Source: an uncultured bacterium (GTDB lineage Bacteria > Fidelibacterota > Marinisomatia > Marinisomatales > UBA1611). Taken from it: a stretch of DNA of 64,000 bases. Position 1 is the stretch's first letter, and the number at the start of each line of letters is the position of its first letter. Shown piece after piece: positions 12,601-19,572 of the stretch. The notes beneath the pieces are model-generated. The model saw nothing but the letters and a program-made list of their open reading frames with translations, had not been told where the DNA came from and ran no database searches. The DNA lies in contig CALSPG010000005.1 of the NCBI GenBank assembly GCA_943788175.1, positions 192,001-256,000 on the forward strand, written 5' to 3'. The position numbers and the translations under genes are program-made.

Positions 12601-13890
12601 TTTTTTATCTTGGTTAACATCAACAAAGGAGATAGTTCGAGCACCTTCAATTGTTTGAATATCATTGAATTCAAGTTCACCATTACCACTATTTAAAAAT
12701 ATTTTTCCTTCTAATGCCCAAACACTATCTCTCGGGTTAAGCAAAAGCACCGTAGTATCTGCTTCTAAAACATCGCCTTGTTCACTCATTTGAAGTGTGT
12801 CAATTAGATATATACTATCATAATTAATACTATGTTGAACAGCTCCACTTATCGCAATATCTTTAAATCCATCCATGTTAATATCGATTGCTTTAATAGA
12901 ACCAAATATGGTTCCAAAATTAATTTGTTCATCAGCTAGTCTAAAGTTTCCCGTGGGTTCATTAATATATATCAATGTCTTTAATGAAGAATCTATAGGA
13001 CTATAACCAGAAATAATTAAATCTGAATCTGTGTCATTGTCTAAATCTGAAAAACAAATTGCTGTTCCTTTTAATGCTGCAATTTCTTGATTTGTATCTT
13101 CGCCTAATCTTCCTAGGGGGTCATTTAGGTATAATTTAGTTACGCCAGATTCAACAGTAAGTTGTTGCCCACTTGTAAGCAGATCAAGATCTCCATCTAA
13201 ATCTATATCTTCCCAAGCAAGTGCCCCATTACGTAGGTCAGGCATTACAATCGAATTATCAAACGCCCAATTTGTATTCCCTTCAAAATCTATTTGATTA
13301 AGAAGAAGCTTATTTGTTATTGTTGTTCTTCCATTTTTTAATCCCATCCAAAAAAGATCAAGATCTCCATCATTATCAACATCGCCCCATTGCAAAGAGC
13401 TCTCGCCTAAACTTTCACTAAAGTCACCAGGCATATAATTATTTGTAGATAGGTTACCACCTAAGTTTCGTGTCAAAAGCATAAACTCAGCGCCATGGAT
13501 TAATACATCAATTAGTCCATCTCTATCATAATCGCCAAGTGATAATCCACCATCCCCGCCTATATATTTTGATGAATGGTTTTCAGGGATGTAAGTAAAA
13601 TAATTACTAAGTAGGTTCATCTGAAGTGTGTCGATTACACCTGTAGATGAAATACTGTAGGTATTTAAAAATAACCCTTCTTGATTTCCAATTTTATTAT
13701 AACCAGAAAGTATAATGTCATTAACACCATCATTATTTAAATCTGCAATACCAATATCTGAGGATATTATATTTTGTAATATGGAGCTACGGTCAGCATC
13801 TATCTCGAATACCTCTTCACTAAAAACTGCTCTTTGAACGAGAAGGATTAAAAAAGATATTTTAAAGAAAAAATTTCTATTTAGGAACAT
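9619..13890 (-). CDS. Large secreted FG-GAP/VCBS beta-propeller repeat protein with FN3-like domains and a C-terminal FlgD-Ig sorting domain
   Basis: Many WGDYDNDGDLDL repeats. Two FN3-like segments (YNWKVQTID, YQWRVRSID). C-terminus PRIFSP...WDGKDFDGSVVPSGLYIV. Likely ATG at 13890 (MFLNRNFF), 4 bp after the cyclase stop. Confidence 0.85.
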   Translation of the reverse strand: MFLNRNFFFKISFLILLVQRAVFSEEVFEIDADRSSILQNIISSDIGIADLNNDGVNDIILSGYNKIGNQEGLFLNTYSISSTGVIDTLQMNLLSNYFTYIPENHSSKYIGGDGGLSLGDYDRDGLIDVLIHGAEFMLLTRNLGGNLSTNNYMPGDFSESLGESSLQWGDVDNDGDLDLFWMGLKNGRTTITNKLLLNQIDFEGNTNWAFDNSIVMPDLRNGALAWEDIDLDGDLDLLTSGQQLTVESGVTKLYLNDPLGRLGEDTNQEIAALKGTAICFSDLDNDTDSDLIISGYSPIDSSLKTLIYINEPTGNFRLADEQINFGTIFGSIKAIDINMDGFKDIAISGAVQHSINYDSIYLIDTLQMSEQGDVLEADTTVLLLNPRDSVWALEGKIFLNSGNGELEFNDIQTIEGARTISFVDVNQDKKPDIIASGTTEVGDSDSSFVSVLLNVSVGSNNKPTPPTILESFAISNRAIFNWGAGSDDIAPAQTLHYNLSIARVLDGNETKALIPEIVAYNNSNVGTRLIREFTNIPWGNYNWKVQTIDPSGVISDWSEEKELFIPRLVKSFQSIPGYSYGISRWSDINDDELLDLAITGNLYTGSSKTQIYLNDDGILNVDNLQPRMANVYGGHLSFVDYNNDGFLDISMTGIATINFSTFTALLLYKYENGNFVLDEQENQLSASSGYWGGQYNHDWGDYDNDGDLDLVSGGISIFDNTNYLNVFNNSNGLLSIDTTQTDLVPLFPSAVVWIDINRDNHLDLLALGRLGSDGISHMYINDSTGNLTLSSEQPFSIPSTLHAISVGDYNNDSFDDIAVAHLDGSNMHTNIYTNENGTRFTLQQELEGATYSSLDWGDYDNDGDLDLVSSGYTGTLITDLGQTEYINPITNIYQQNENGQFILDSSLYMLDSVGLSSTQWGDYDNDGDLDLLVTGETEEKELITRVYENLEGFTNPNNKPTKPIMLLSDVNIDSVYISWQGGIDTDNQSGSGRTSDIALKYQLQMGEDQNYSLAGNTHSIISGKYGTGRMGSRSGTNHVINSLPEGRYQWRVRSIDHSLGSSEWSNWDYYYIDQTPPEVDTIQVNYGVGGQIIIIVNFKEEFEMNNSSEAEPFIYAVHPDMNDIDGDQISDTLVVVKQSYSATVWTGLLSLPDNYIGKSIKLHISNAKDMRGNIMKHSVYFKTPQKIISQAGGSVVSSDGNVSILFPQNAVNEDVSISINPLIEIAAIDTNLISNFYTISPSDLELKKPTIIRIAVPANEIDGSQQNQNLHIGRLNTITGEKTTIGGSIISVNGTPYLQSQLSQLGVFAAFKSDSTISVDSLKTDKIICQPRIFSPAGSVFEFPHTNILFDLPSSDNVTARIFNVSGKIKRTLKPEQKLGPGSNVIVWDGKDFDGSVVPSGLYIVTLESSESIFRTTVGVLNR

Positions 13891-13894
13891 AGAC

Positions 13895-16798
13895 CTATTT
13901 AGAGGTTTGAGTCCAGACACCGTCCCAATCATCTCCAGGGGGATTCGCTTTAAAATTCTGACAGCGAGGAATATATATTCTGCTAGGATTCGTTTTTCTT
14001 CCTGGAAACATTTCTTCTAATTCATCAGCTGTTTTAAACGCTTCAATTGCTTTGTCCCAATCTTGTTTGAAATAATTTTCTAAGCCCTCATGAAATATTG
14101 GAAGAATTTTTTTGTATGGTTCTGGTTCTTGTCCTTTTTCAGAGATTAATTCAAAGACCTTTACGGGTTCTGTTTTACCCATGACTCTTACGAAATCAAG
14201 GGCTCGAACAACCACTTGATCTTTTACTGCTTCATAGGTACTGTCAGATAGCTGTATATAAACTCCATATTGCTTTGCTGAGCTTTCAAGCCTTGCAGCA
14301 AGATTTACAGTATCACCCATCATTGTATAATTCATTCTTGATTCAGAACCCATATTTCCAGTCACCATTTTGCCTGTATTTATACCTATCCGATTTTGCA
14401 TATGATGAACTATTTCTGGCCAACGGTCACCTTCTTCTTGCCATTGCTGTCTTAATACAGCTAAGCGTTCTTGCATTTTTATTGCAGTCCTGCAAGCCAT
14501 CAGTTCATGGTTTTTTAAATCAAGTGGAGCGCCATAAAAGGCTACGATAGCGTCCCCAATATATTTATCTAATGTTCCGTTATTCTCCATTAGGATGTCA
14601 GTCATTTCTGTTAGGTAATCATTTAATAAACTGACTAAGTCACTTGCAGAAAGTTTTTCAGAAAAGGCCGAGAAACTTTGAATATCGGTAAAGAATGCGG
14701 TGTGATAACCTTCTTCTCCACCGAGTTCAGGCTCTTTCCCACTTTCATACATTTCATCAATTAGCTCAGGAGATATATATGTTCCAAATGAGGATTTTAA
14801 GAATTGTTTATTTTTTTCTTCTTGGATATAGTTGTAGACCGTTATTCCTAGATAACCAAGTCCTATGGTCGCAATTGGAGCAAATAAATCTAACCATAAG
14901 TAATAATTTGAAAATGCCCAAAAAGCTGATGCAGTATATGTTATTATAAGTCCTAAAACAGCGATTCCACCAATTGCAGGGCTAAGTCTTTGAATTCCAA
15001 ATGCTAATAACGCCGCTAAAAACAATAGGATTATTGAAACAATAATCTTTGAAGTCCTGGTTATAAAAATATCAGATAAGATTGTATTTAAAGCGTTTGC
15101 GTGAAGTCCAACCATAGGATAACTACCATTAAATGGTTGTGAACCAAGATCTGATGTACCAGCAGCTGTTAAACCATACAATAATTTTTTCTTATAAAAT
15201 TCAAAAGGTACAATTCTACGAGCTGTATTTTTTTTAATATTCCCAACTGTGATTCTGTCCTTGTTTTGGAAAAAATATAGAGGTCTTTGTTGATCAGTAA
15301 TACTGTGCTTGTTCAGATTTTGAACGATTAAAAAATTTCTTTCAAGCTGGGATATTTCTACAAGGGATTTTTTTAAGGTCTTTTTATAATTTTTATCTTT
15401 AGTTGTCTTCGATAAAGAGCTGACATCTTTTTTAAGTTTGTCAAAGCTACTTATGCTGTATCCTTTAATAGGTGCTTCAAATACGATTTTTTTTGATGTT
15501 AAAAGATCATTGAGACTGATATTTGAATCTGATAATAGTTCTTTGGAAATGATATTTGCATTCTTTATTTCATTATACATTTTTATCATTTGAGGTTTCG
15601 CTTTTCGGCCCATGCTTTCAAAAAACTGTTCACCCGTATTTAAATTATTTGTTTTTTGTATGTATGATTCCATTTGACCAGCCATTGCTAGCTGTTTCAC
15701 TGCCTTAATCACATCTTTTTTACTCGCAAATTTTGCTTTAAATGCTGCACGCATTAGAGCTTTTAAATTTTTTGCCCCTTGAAGAGTTGAATCAGAGAAG
15801 GCTATTTTCTTCACATTAGCCATTACAAAATTATCATACTCAGTTTCTCTGAATTTTTTTAAAACCCAATAAGGGTAGTGCGTAAAATCAAAGTTTCCAT
15901 TTTCATCTTCCCATTGACCAGCCCAGTTAACTTGCATTAGACCTCGTTTATCAATAGGAATTTCGATAGCATCTCGGCCGTGTTCATCCTGATAAGGTAG
16001 GGGGATGGATAAATGTTTTCCTGGAATGATTTCAACATCATTAAAATTGACATTATAATGATCGAGCGCTAAAGCTAATCCAGCATTAGGAAATAGTCCA
16101 TCTTCATATTTACCAAATAAGGGATATTTTCTACTTACTCCGTCATCTTCAGCAACAGTTTGAAAAAAGTAAGTGCCTTTGCTTGATTTTATTAGTTCAT
16201 CAACAGGAGGGTCAATATCATAAAAATCATTTACTGTTTTATATTCGTTTGGAGAAATTTGTCGATAGAATTTTCTTTCTTTTAAAATTTGTAAGCGTTT
16301 TTCTTTATCGTTTGTTCGCTTTTTGATGGACATTTTCTTTGAAGGTTGAGGGAAAAAAGTGTATCCAAAATAAATATTACCAGCATCTTCAGCGGCATTT
16401 GCTACCTCAATATCAGGATCAGGGAAAAGGTTTTTAACTTCTTTTAGAGTTAGTACACTATCATTTATTGTTGAAATATCTTCAAATTCCAACTTTCTTT
16501 CTTGTCTTTCAATAAAAAAAATATCAAAAGCTAAGGCATCCATTCCATGCTCTTTTGCAGCTAAGATTGAAGGAATATGTTTCTCTCTACTCCATGGCCA
16601 CCTTCCAGTTACTTGTAAACTCTTCGCATCCATGTCCAAAGTTGCAATATCACTTCTAGTCTCAATTTTCCCTCTATTTAAAAACCTTAGGTCTAGAAGT
16701 TTGTTTTCAAGCCCTTCGCCAAGCCCAAATAGAGTTAAAAGAATGAAAACAACAGCAACGCTAAAAGAAATAATAATATATGGATAATCTTTTTGCAT
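13895..16798 (-). CDS. CHASE2-domain class III adenylate cyclase
   Basis: GRWPWSRE and FDIFF of CHASE2, three transmembrane helices, and cyclase motifs FFTDIQSFSAFSE, TLDKYIGDAI, RIGINTG and YTMMGDTVNLAARLE. Confidence 0.9.
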   Translation of the reverse strand: MQKDYPYIIISFSVAVVFILLTLFGLGEGLENKLLDLRFLNRGKIETRSDIATLDMDAKSLQVTGRWPWSREKHIPSILAAKEHGMDALAFDIFFIERQERKLEFEDISTINDSVLTLKEVKNLFPDPDIEVANAAEDAGNIYFGYTFFPQPSKKMSIKKRTNDKEKRLQILKERKFYRQISPNEYKTVNDFYDIDPPVDELIKSSKGTYFFQTVAEDDGVSRKYPLFGKYEDGLFPNAGLALALDHYNVNFNDVEIIPGKHLSIPLPYQDEHGRDAIEIPIDKRGLMQVNWAGQWEDENGNFDFTHYPYWVLKKFRETEYDNFVMANVKKIAFSDSTLQGAKNLKALMRAAFKAKFASKKDVIKAVKQLAMAGQMESYIQKTNNLNTGEQFFESMGRKAKPQMIKMYNEIKNANIISKELLSDSNISLNDLLTSKKIVFEAPIKGYSISSFDKLKKDVSSLSKTTKDKNYKKTLKKSLVEISQLERNFLIVQNLNKHSITDQQRPLYFFQNKDRITVGNIKKNTARRIVPFEFYKKKLLYGLTAAGTSDLGSQPFNGSYPMVGLHANALNTILSDIFITRTSKIIVSIILLFLAALLAFGIQRLSPAIGGIAVLGLIITYTASAFWAFSNYYLWLDLFAPIATIGLGYLGITVYNYIQEEKNKQFLKSSFGTYISPELIDEMYESGKEPELGGEEGYHTAFFTDIQSFSAFSEKLSASDLVSLLNDYLTEMTDILMENNGTLDKYIGDAIVAFYGAPLDLKNHELMACRTAIKMQERLAVLRQQWQEEGDRWPEIVHHMQNRIGINTGKMVTGNMGSESRMNYTMMGDTVNLAARLESSAKQYGVYIQLSDSTYEAVKDQVVVRALDFVRVMGKTEPVKVFELISEKGQEPEPYKKILPIFHEGLENYFKQDWDKAIEAFKTADELEEMFPGRKTNPSRIYIPRCQNFKANPPGDDWDGVWTQTSK

Positions 16799-16809
16799 AA
16801 TGATTCTAT

Positions 16810-18129
16810 CTAATCGTAAATAGTTGGAGTGATGAACATAAGCAACTCGCGTTGCTCTTTCTGAACAGAAGTAGTTTTAAAAAAATAACCTACAATAGGT
16901 ATAGCACTAAGAATCGGAACATATTTTTTATTCCTAATAATATTATCGGCAATGAGTCCACCAATTATAACAGTTTCTCCGTTAAAGACTGAAACTTGTG
17001 TAGTTACAGTTCTCTTTGTTGAACGCGGCTTATCCGTAGAAATTTCTGCGGCCGAAAGTAAAGCTTCTACGGTTGCATCTACTAAAAGGGTAATTATGTT
17101 ATTTTCATTGATTCTTGGAGTTACTTGTAATTTTATACCAATATCTTTTTCTTGGACTGTTGTTGTATTCCCATAGAGTGATAAACCTTGGACACCACCT
17201 ACAGCATTTCCTTGATTGTTTCCCCCGCTATTGTTTCCACCAGAGTTTAGCCCTTCGATGTAGACAGTTGTAGAAACTTCCGTTGTGGCTTGATGATTAT
17301 CAAGTGTCGTTACTTGAGGACTTGATAATAATTTGCTTCGTCCTCTAGCTTGCATGATCTTCAGAGCGGAAGCAAACTGGGTTGGATTAAGCGTTGCAAT
17401 GGTAATATTGCTAAGGTTTATTGGGAAATTAACTGTATCATCAGGGCTACCACCTAATTGTATCGGGCTATTAGTCCAATCAACGCCGTAAGCTTTAGAG
17501 GTATCCATTTGTGTTTCAATAAATTTGACAGCAATGTTTATATTTTTTATAGGCTTATCCAACTGTTTAACCATGCTCAAAACCCTTGGGATGTTCTCTT
17601 GAACATCGGATACAATTGCCATATTAGGAGGACCTGTTTGGCCCGCCATCGAGGCAACGGGGAGGAAGGATTGGACCGTTCCTCTTGATGTTAAAATAGT
17701 TGAAAGTGGCGCCTGGAGGTCATTTGAATTGATATATTTAAGTCTAATGACGACAGATTCTAGTTCACCAATTAACTGAGTATCCAAGTCTTTAACAATT
17801 ATGATATTATCTTGAACAAAATAGCTGTAGTTATTTGGCTTTAAAATAGCATCTAAGGCTGCTTTTACAGTAACGTTTTCCAAGTTTGCGGTGATGGTAT
17901 CTTGAATATTGGGACTGATAACAATATTTAATCCCGTAAGTTCACCAATCATAGTTAAAACATTCCTAATGTCTGACTCTTTTAGATTGATAGACATTTT
18001 ATCCATTAATTTATAGCGTTCATTTTCCTGATCACTCTGCGTAATCCTTGAATAAGCGGGGTCGTCCCATTGAGACATCGCCAAAGCTTGCATAATAATT
18101 AGAATAAGTAAATATTTATTTCTTATCAT
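16810..18129 (-). CDS. pilQ: Secretin (PilQ/GspD family)
   Basis: MSINLKESDIRNVL N0 domain, LLSSPQVTTLDN, GIKLQVTPRI, GETVIIGGLI, VPILSAIPIVGYFF, ELLMFITPTI. Confidence 0.9.
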   Translation of the reverse strand: MIRNKYLLILIIMQALAMSQWDDPAYSRITQSDQENERYKLMDKMSINLKESDIRNVLTMIGELTGLNIVISPNIQDTITANLENVTVKAALDAILKPNNYSYFVQDNIIIVKDLDTQLIGELESVVIRLKYINSNDLQAPLSTILTSRGTVQSFLPVASMAGQTGPPNMAIVSDVQENIPRVLSMVKQLDKPIKNINIAVKFIETQMDTSKAYGVDWTNSPIQLGGSPDDTVNFPINLSNITIATLNPTQFASALKIMQARGRSKLLSSPQVTTLDNHQATTEVSTTVYIEGLNSGGNNSGGNNQGNAVGGVQGLSLYGNTTTVQEKDIGIKLQVTPRINENNIITLLVDATVEALLSAAEISTDKPRSTKRTVTTQVSVFNGETVIIGGLIADNIIRNKKYVPILSAIPIVGYFFKTTSVQKEQRELLMFITPTIYD

Positions 18130-18672
18130 TTAGTTTCCAACATTTCTAGTAACAGTTGTACTACCATTTCGAAAAGTAATTTGATCATTTTCAATTCTAT
18201 CAATTAGTATTTCATCGTTTAGGTATTCACCTTGCCTGAACCTTCGACTATCAATCAATACGATTTTCTCATTATTAAACTCAGCAACGATTTCGACATT
18301 ATACCGCTCAAGATTTTTCAAAAGAATTGATTTTTCAATATCTTTTTCTTGCTCCGAACTAATTGATGAACCATCAATGTCAGCCTCGCTATTTATGGCG
18401 ACAGTATTAAAAGGGTTTCTTTGCCAGCCAACAAGCTGAGAAGACCGATTAGACCTTTTTCGGATATTGGTGATAGAAGCAATATTTTTAGAACTGGGCG
18501 CACTATTAGCCTGTACAGATTTTTGCACAACTACCTTTTTAGGCTTTCTAGTTTTTGCTTGTTTCGAAGCGTTAGAACTGCTGGATCCAGATGACTGGTT
18601 AAAATGATCAAAAATCATGATCGCCACTGAAATCCCCAATCCAATTAACAGGTTTCTAAGTCTAGGGGTCAT
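18130..18672 (-). CDS. PilP/GspC-like alignment protein
   Basis: Lies between pilO and the secretin. N-terminal TM, RNPF motif, and a C-terminal beta domain (IVLIDSRRFRQGEYL...IDRIENDQITF). Confidence 0.6.
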   Translation of the reverse strand: MTPRLRNLLIGLGISVAIMIFDHFNQSSGSSSSNASKQAKTRKPKKVVVQKSVQANSAPSSKNIASITNIRKRSNRSSQLVGWQRNPFNTVAINSEADIDGSSISSEQEKDIEKSILLKNLERYNVEIVAEFNNEKIVLIDSRRFRQGEYLNDEILIDRIENDQITFRNGSTTVTRNVGN

Positions 18673-18754
18673 GTCGACTATTAATTTAAACTAAATAGAG
18701 GTTTAACTAACGGAAAATCTTACAAAAGCTAAAAATTGAAAAAATAGTAATTAC

Positions 18755-19567
18755 CTATAAGTTTTTAAGCCTTTTTTGAAGCAAAGATAATACAAGATTC
18801 TCATCAATGTCTTTTCCTGAGTTGTCTTTAATATGTTTTATTATCTTAACAATATCAACCAAACTGGTAGCTCCAGTAGTTTGTATTGCTTCTGTGATAA
18901 GGTCTTCTTCGGATTGATCTGTTAAACCAGAGTTATTCTGAACCTTGTTGGAAGTACTTGCGTAGTTTTGGTCATTTTGGATTAGGCTAATGTCATTGCT
19001 ACTGTTTTTTGTATAAATGTAAGATATGAAAGATATTTTTTGTTCGCCTTCCGAATACTGGTTTTGTGATATTTGGATATTTCCTATTGTTAGATAATAA
19101 TTTGAAAAAGCTAGTTGATCTAAAAAGTTGCCAAAGTTGATAAAACTTCCTCTCAATTCAACATCAATTGGATATTTCTCGACTAAAATCATTTCTTGAG
19201 TCTCAGGACTTATAATTTGTTTTTCGTCGAGTGGTGCAAGAGAAGGGTTAAAGTTATCAATCGCGAGTTTATTTTTTTCTAAAAGGCTAAATAGCATTTT
19301 AGTGACGTTATCGAATTGTGAATCTGTTGGAATTTTATTGATTAGAGCAGTTAGTTCTTTTTTAAGGTCCTTCCATTCTTTCTCAATCGTGGGGAACTTA
19401 TTTTTTATTTGAGAATATTTATTTTTTTCATTTTGTAGTTGCTTATAATTATTGCTCATTGATTCTAGTGATTTATTTAGTTCACTGAAATACATGAAAT
19501 ACCAAACTCCACATGATAAAATGACGAAAGCTATGGTTCCTATAAAAAGATTTTTTTGCTTATCCAT
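18755..19567 (-). CDS. pilO: Type IV pilus assembly protein PilO with a C-terminal helical extension
   Basis: N-terminal TM, coiled coil, KIPTDSQ, and YPIDVELRGSFINFGNFLDQL. Confidence 0.8.
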   Translation of the reverse strand: MDKQKNLFIGTIAFVILSCGVWYFMYFSELNKSLESMSNNYKQLQNEKNKYSQIKNKFPTIEKEWKDLKKELTALINKIPTDSQFDNVTKMLFSLLEKNKLAIDNFNPSLAPLDEKQIISPETQEMILVEKYPIDVELRGSFINFGNFLDQLAFSNYYLTIGNIQISQNQYSEGEQKISFISYIYTKNSSNDISLIQNDQNYASTSNKVQNNSGLTDQSEEDLITEAIQTTGATSLVDIVKIIKHIKDNSGKDIDENLVLSLLQKRLKNL

Positions 19568-19572
19568 ACTAA

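Noticed and set aside
10990-13750. CRISPR-like periodic repeats (atcattatcatagtcacccca)
   Set aside because: They are degenerate coding repeats of the FG-GAP WGDYDNDGDLD motif with long, irregular spacing, and there are no cas genes.
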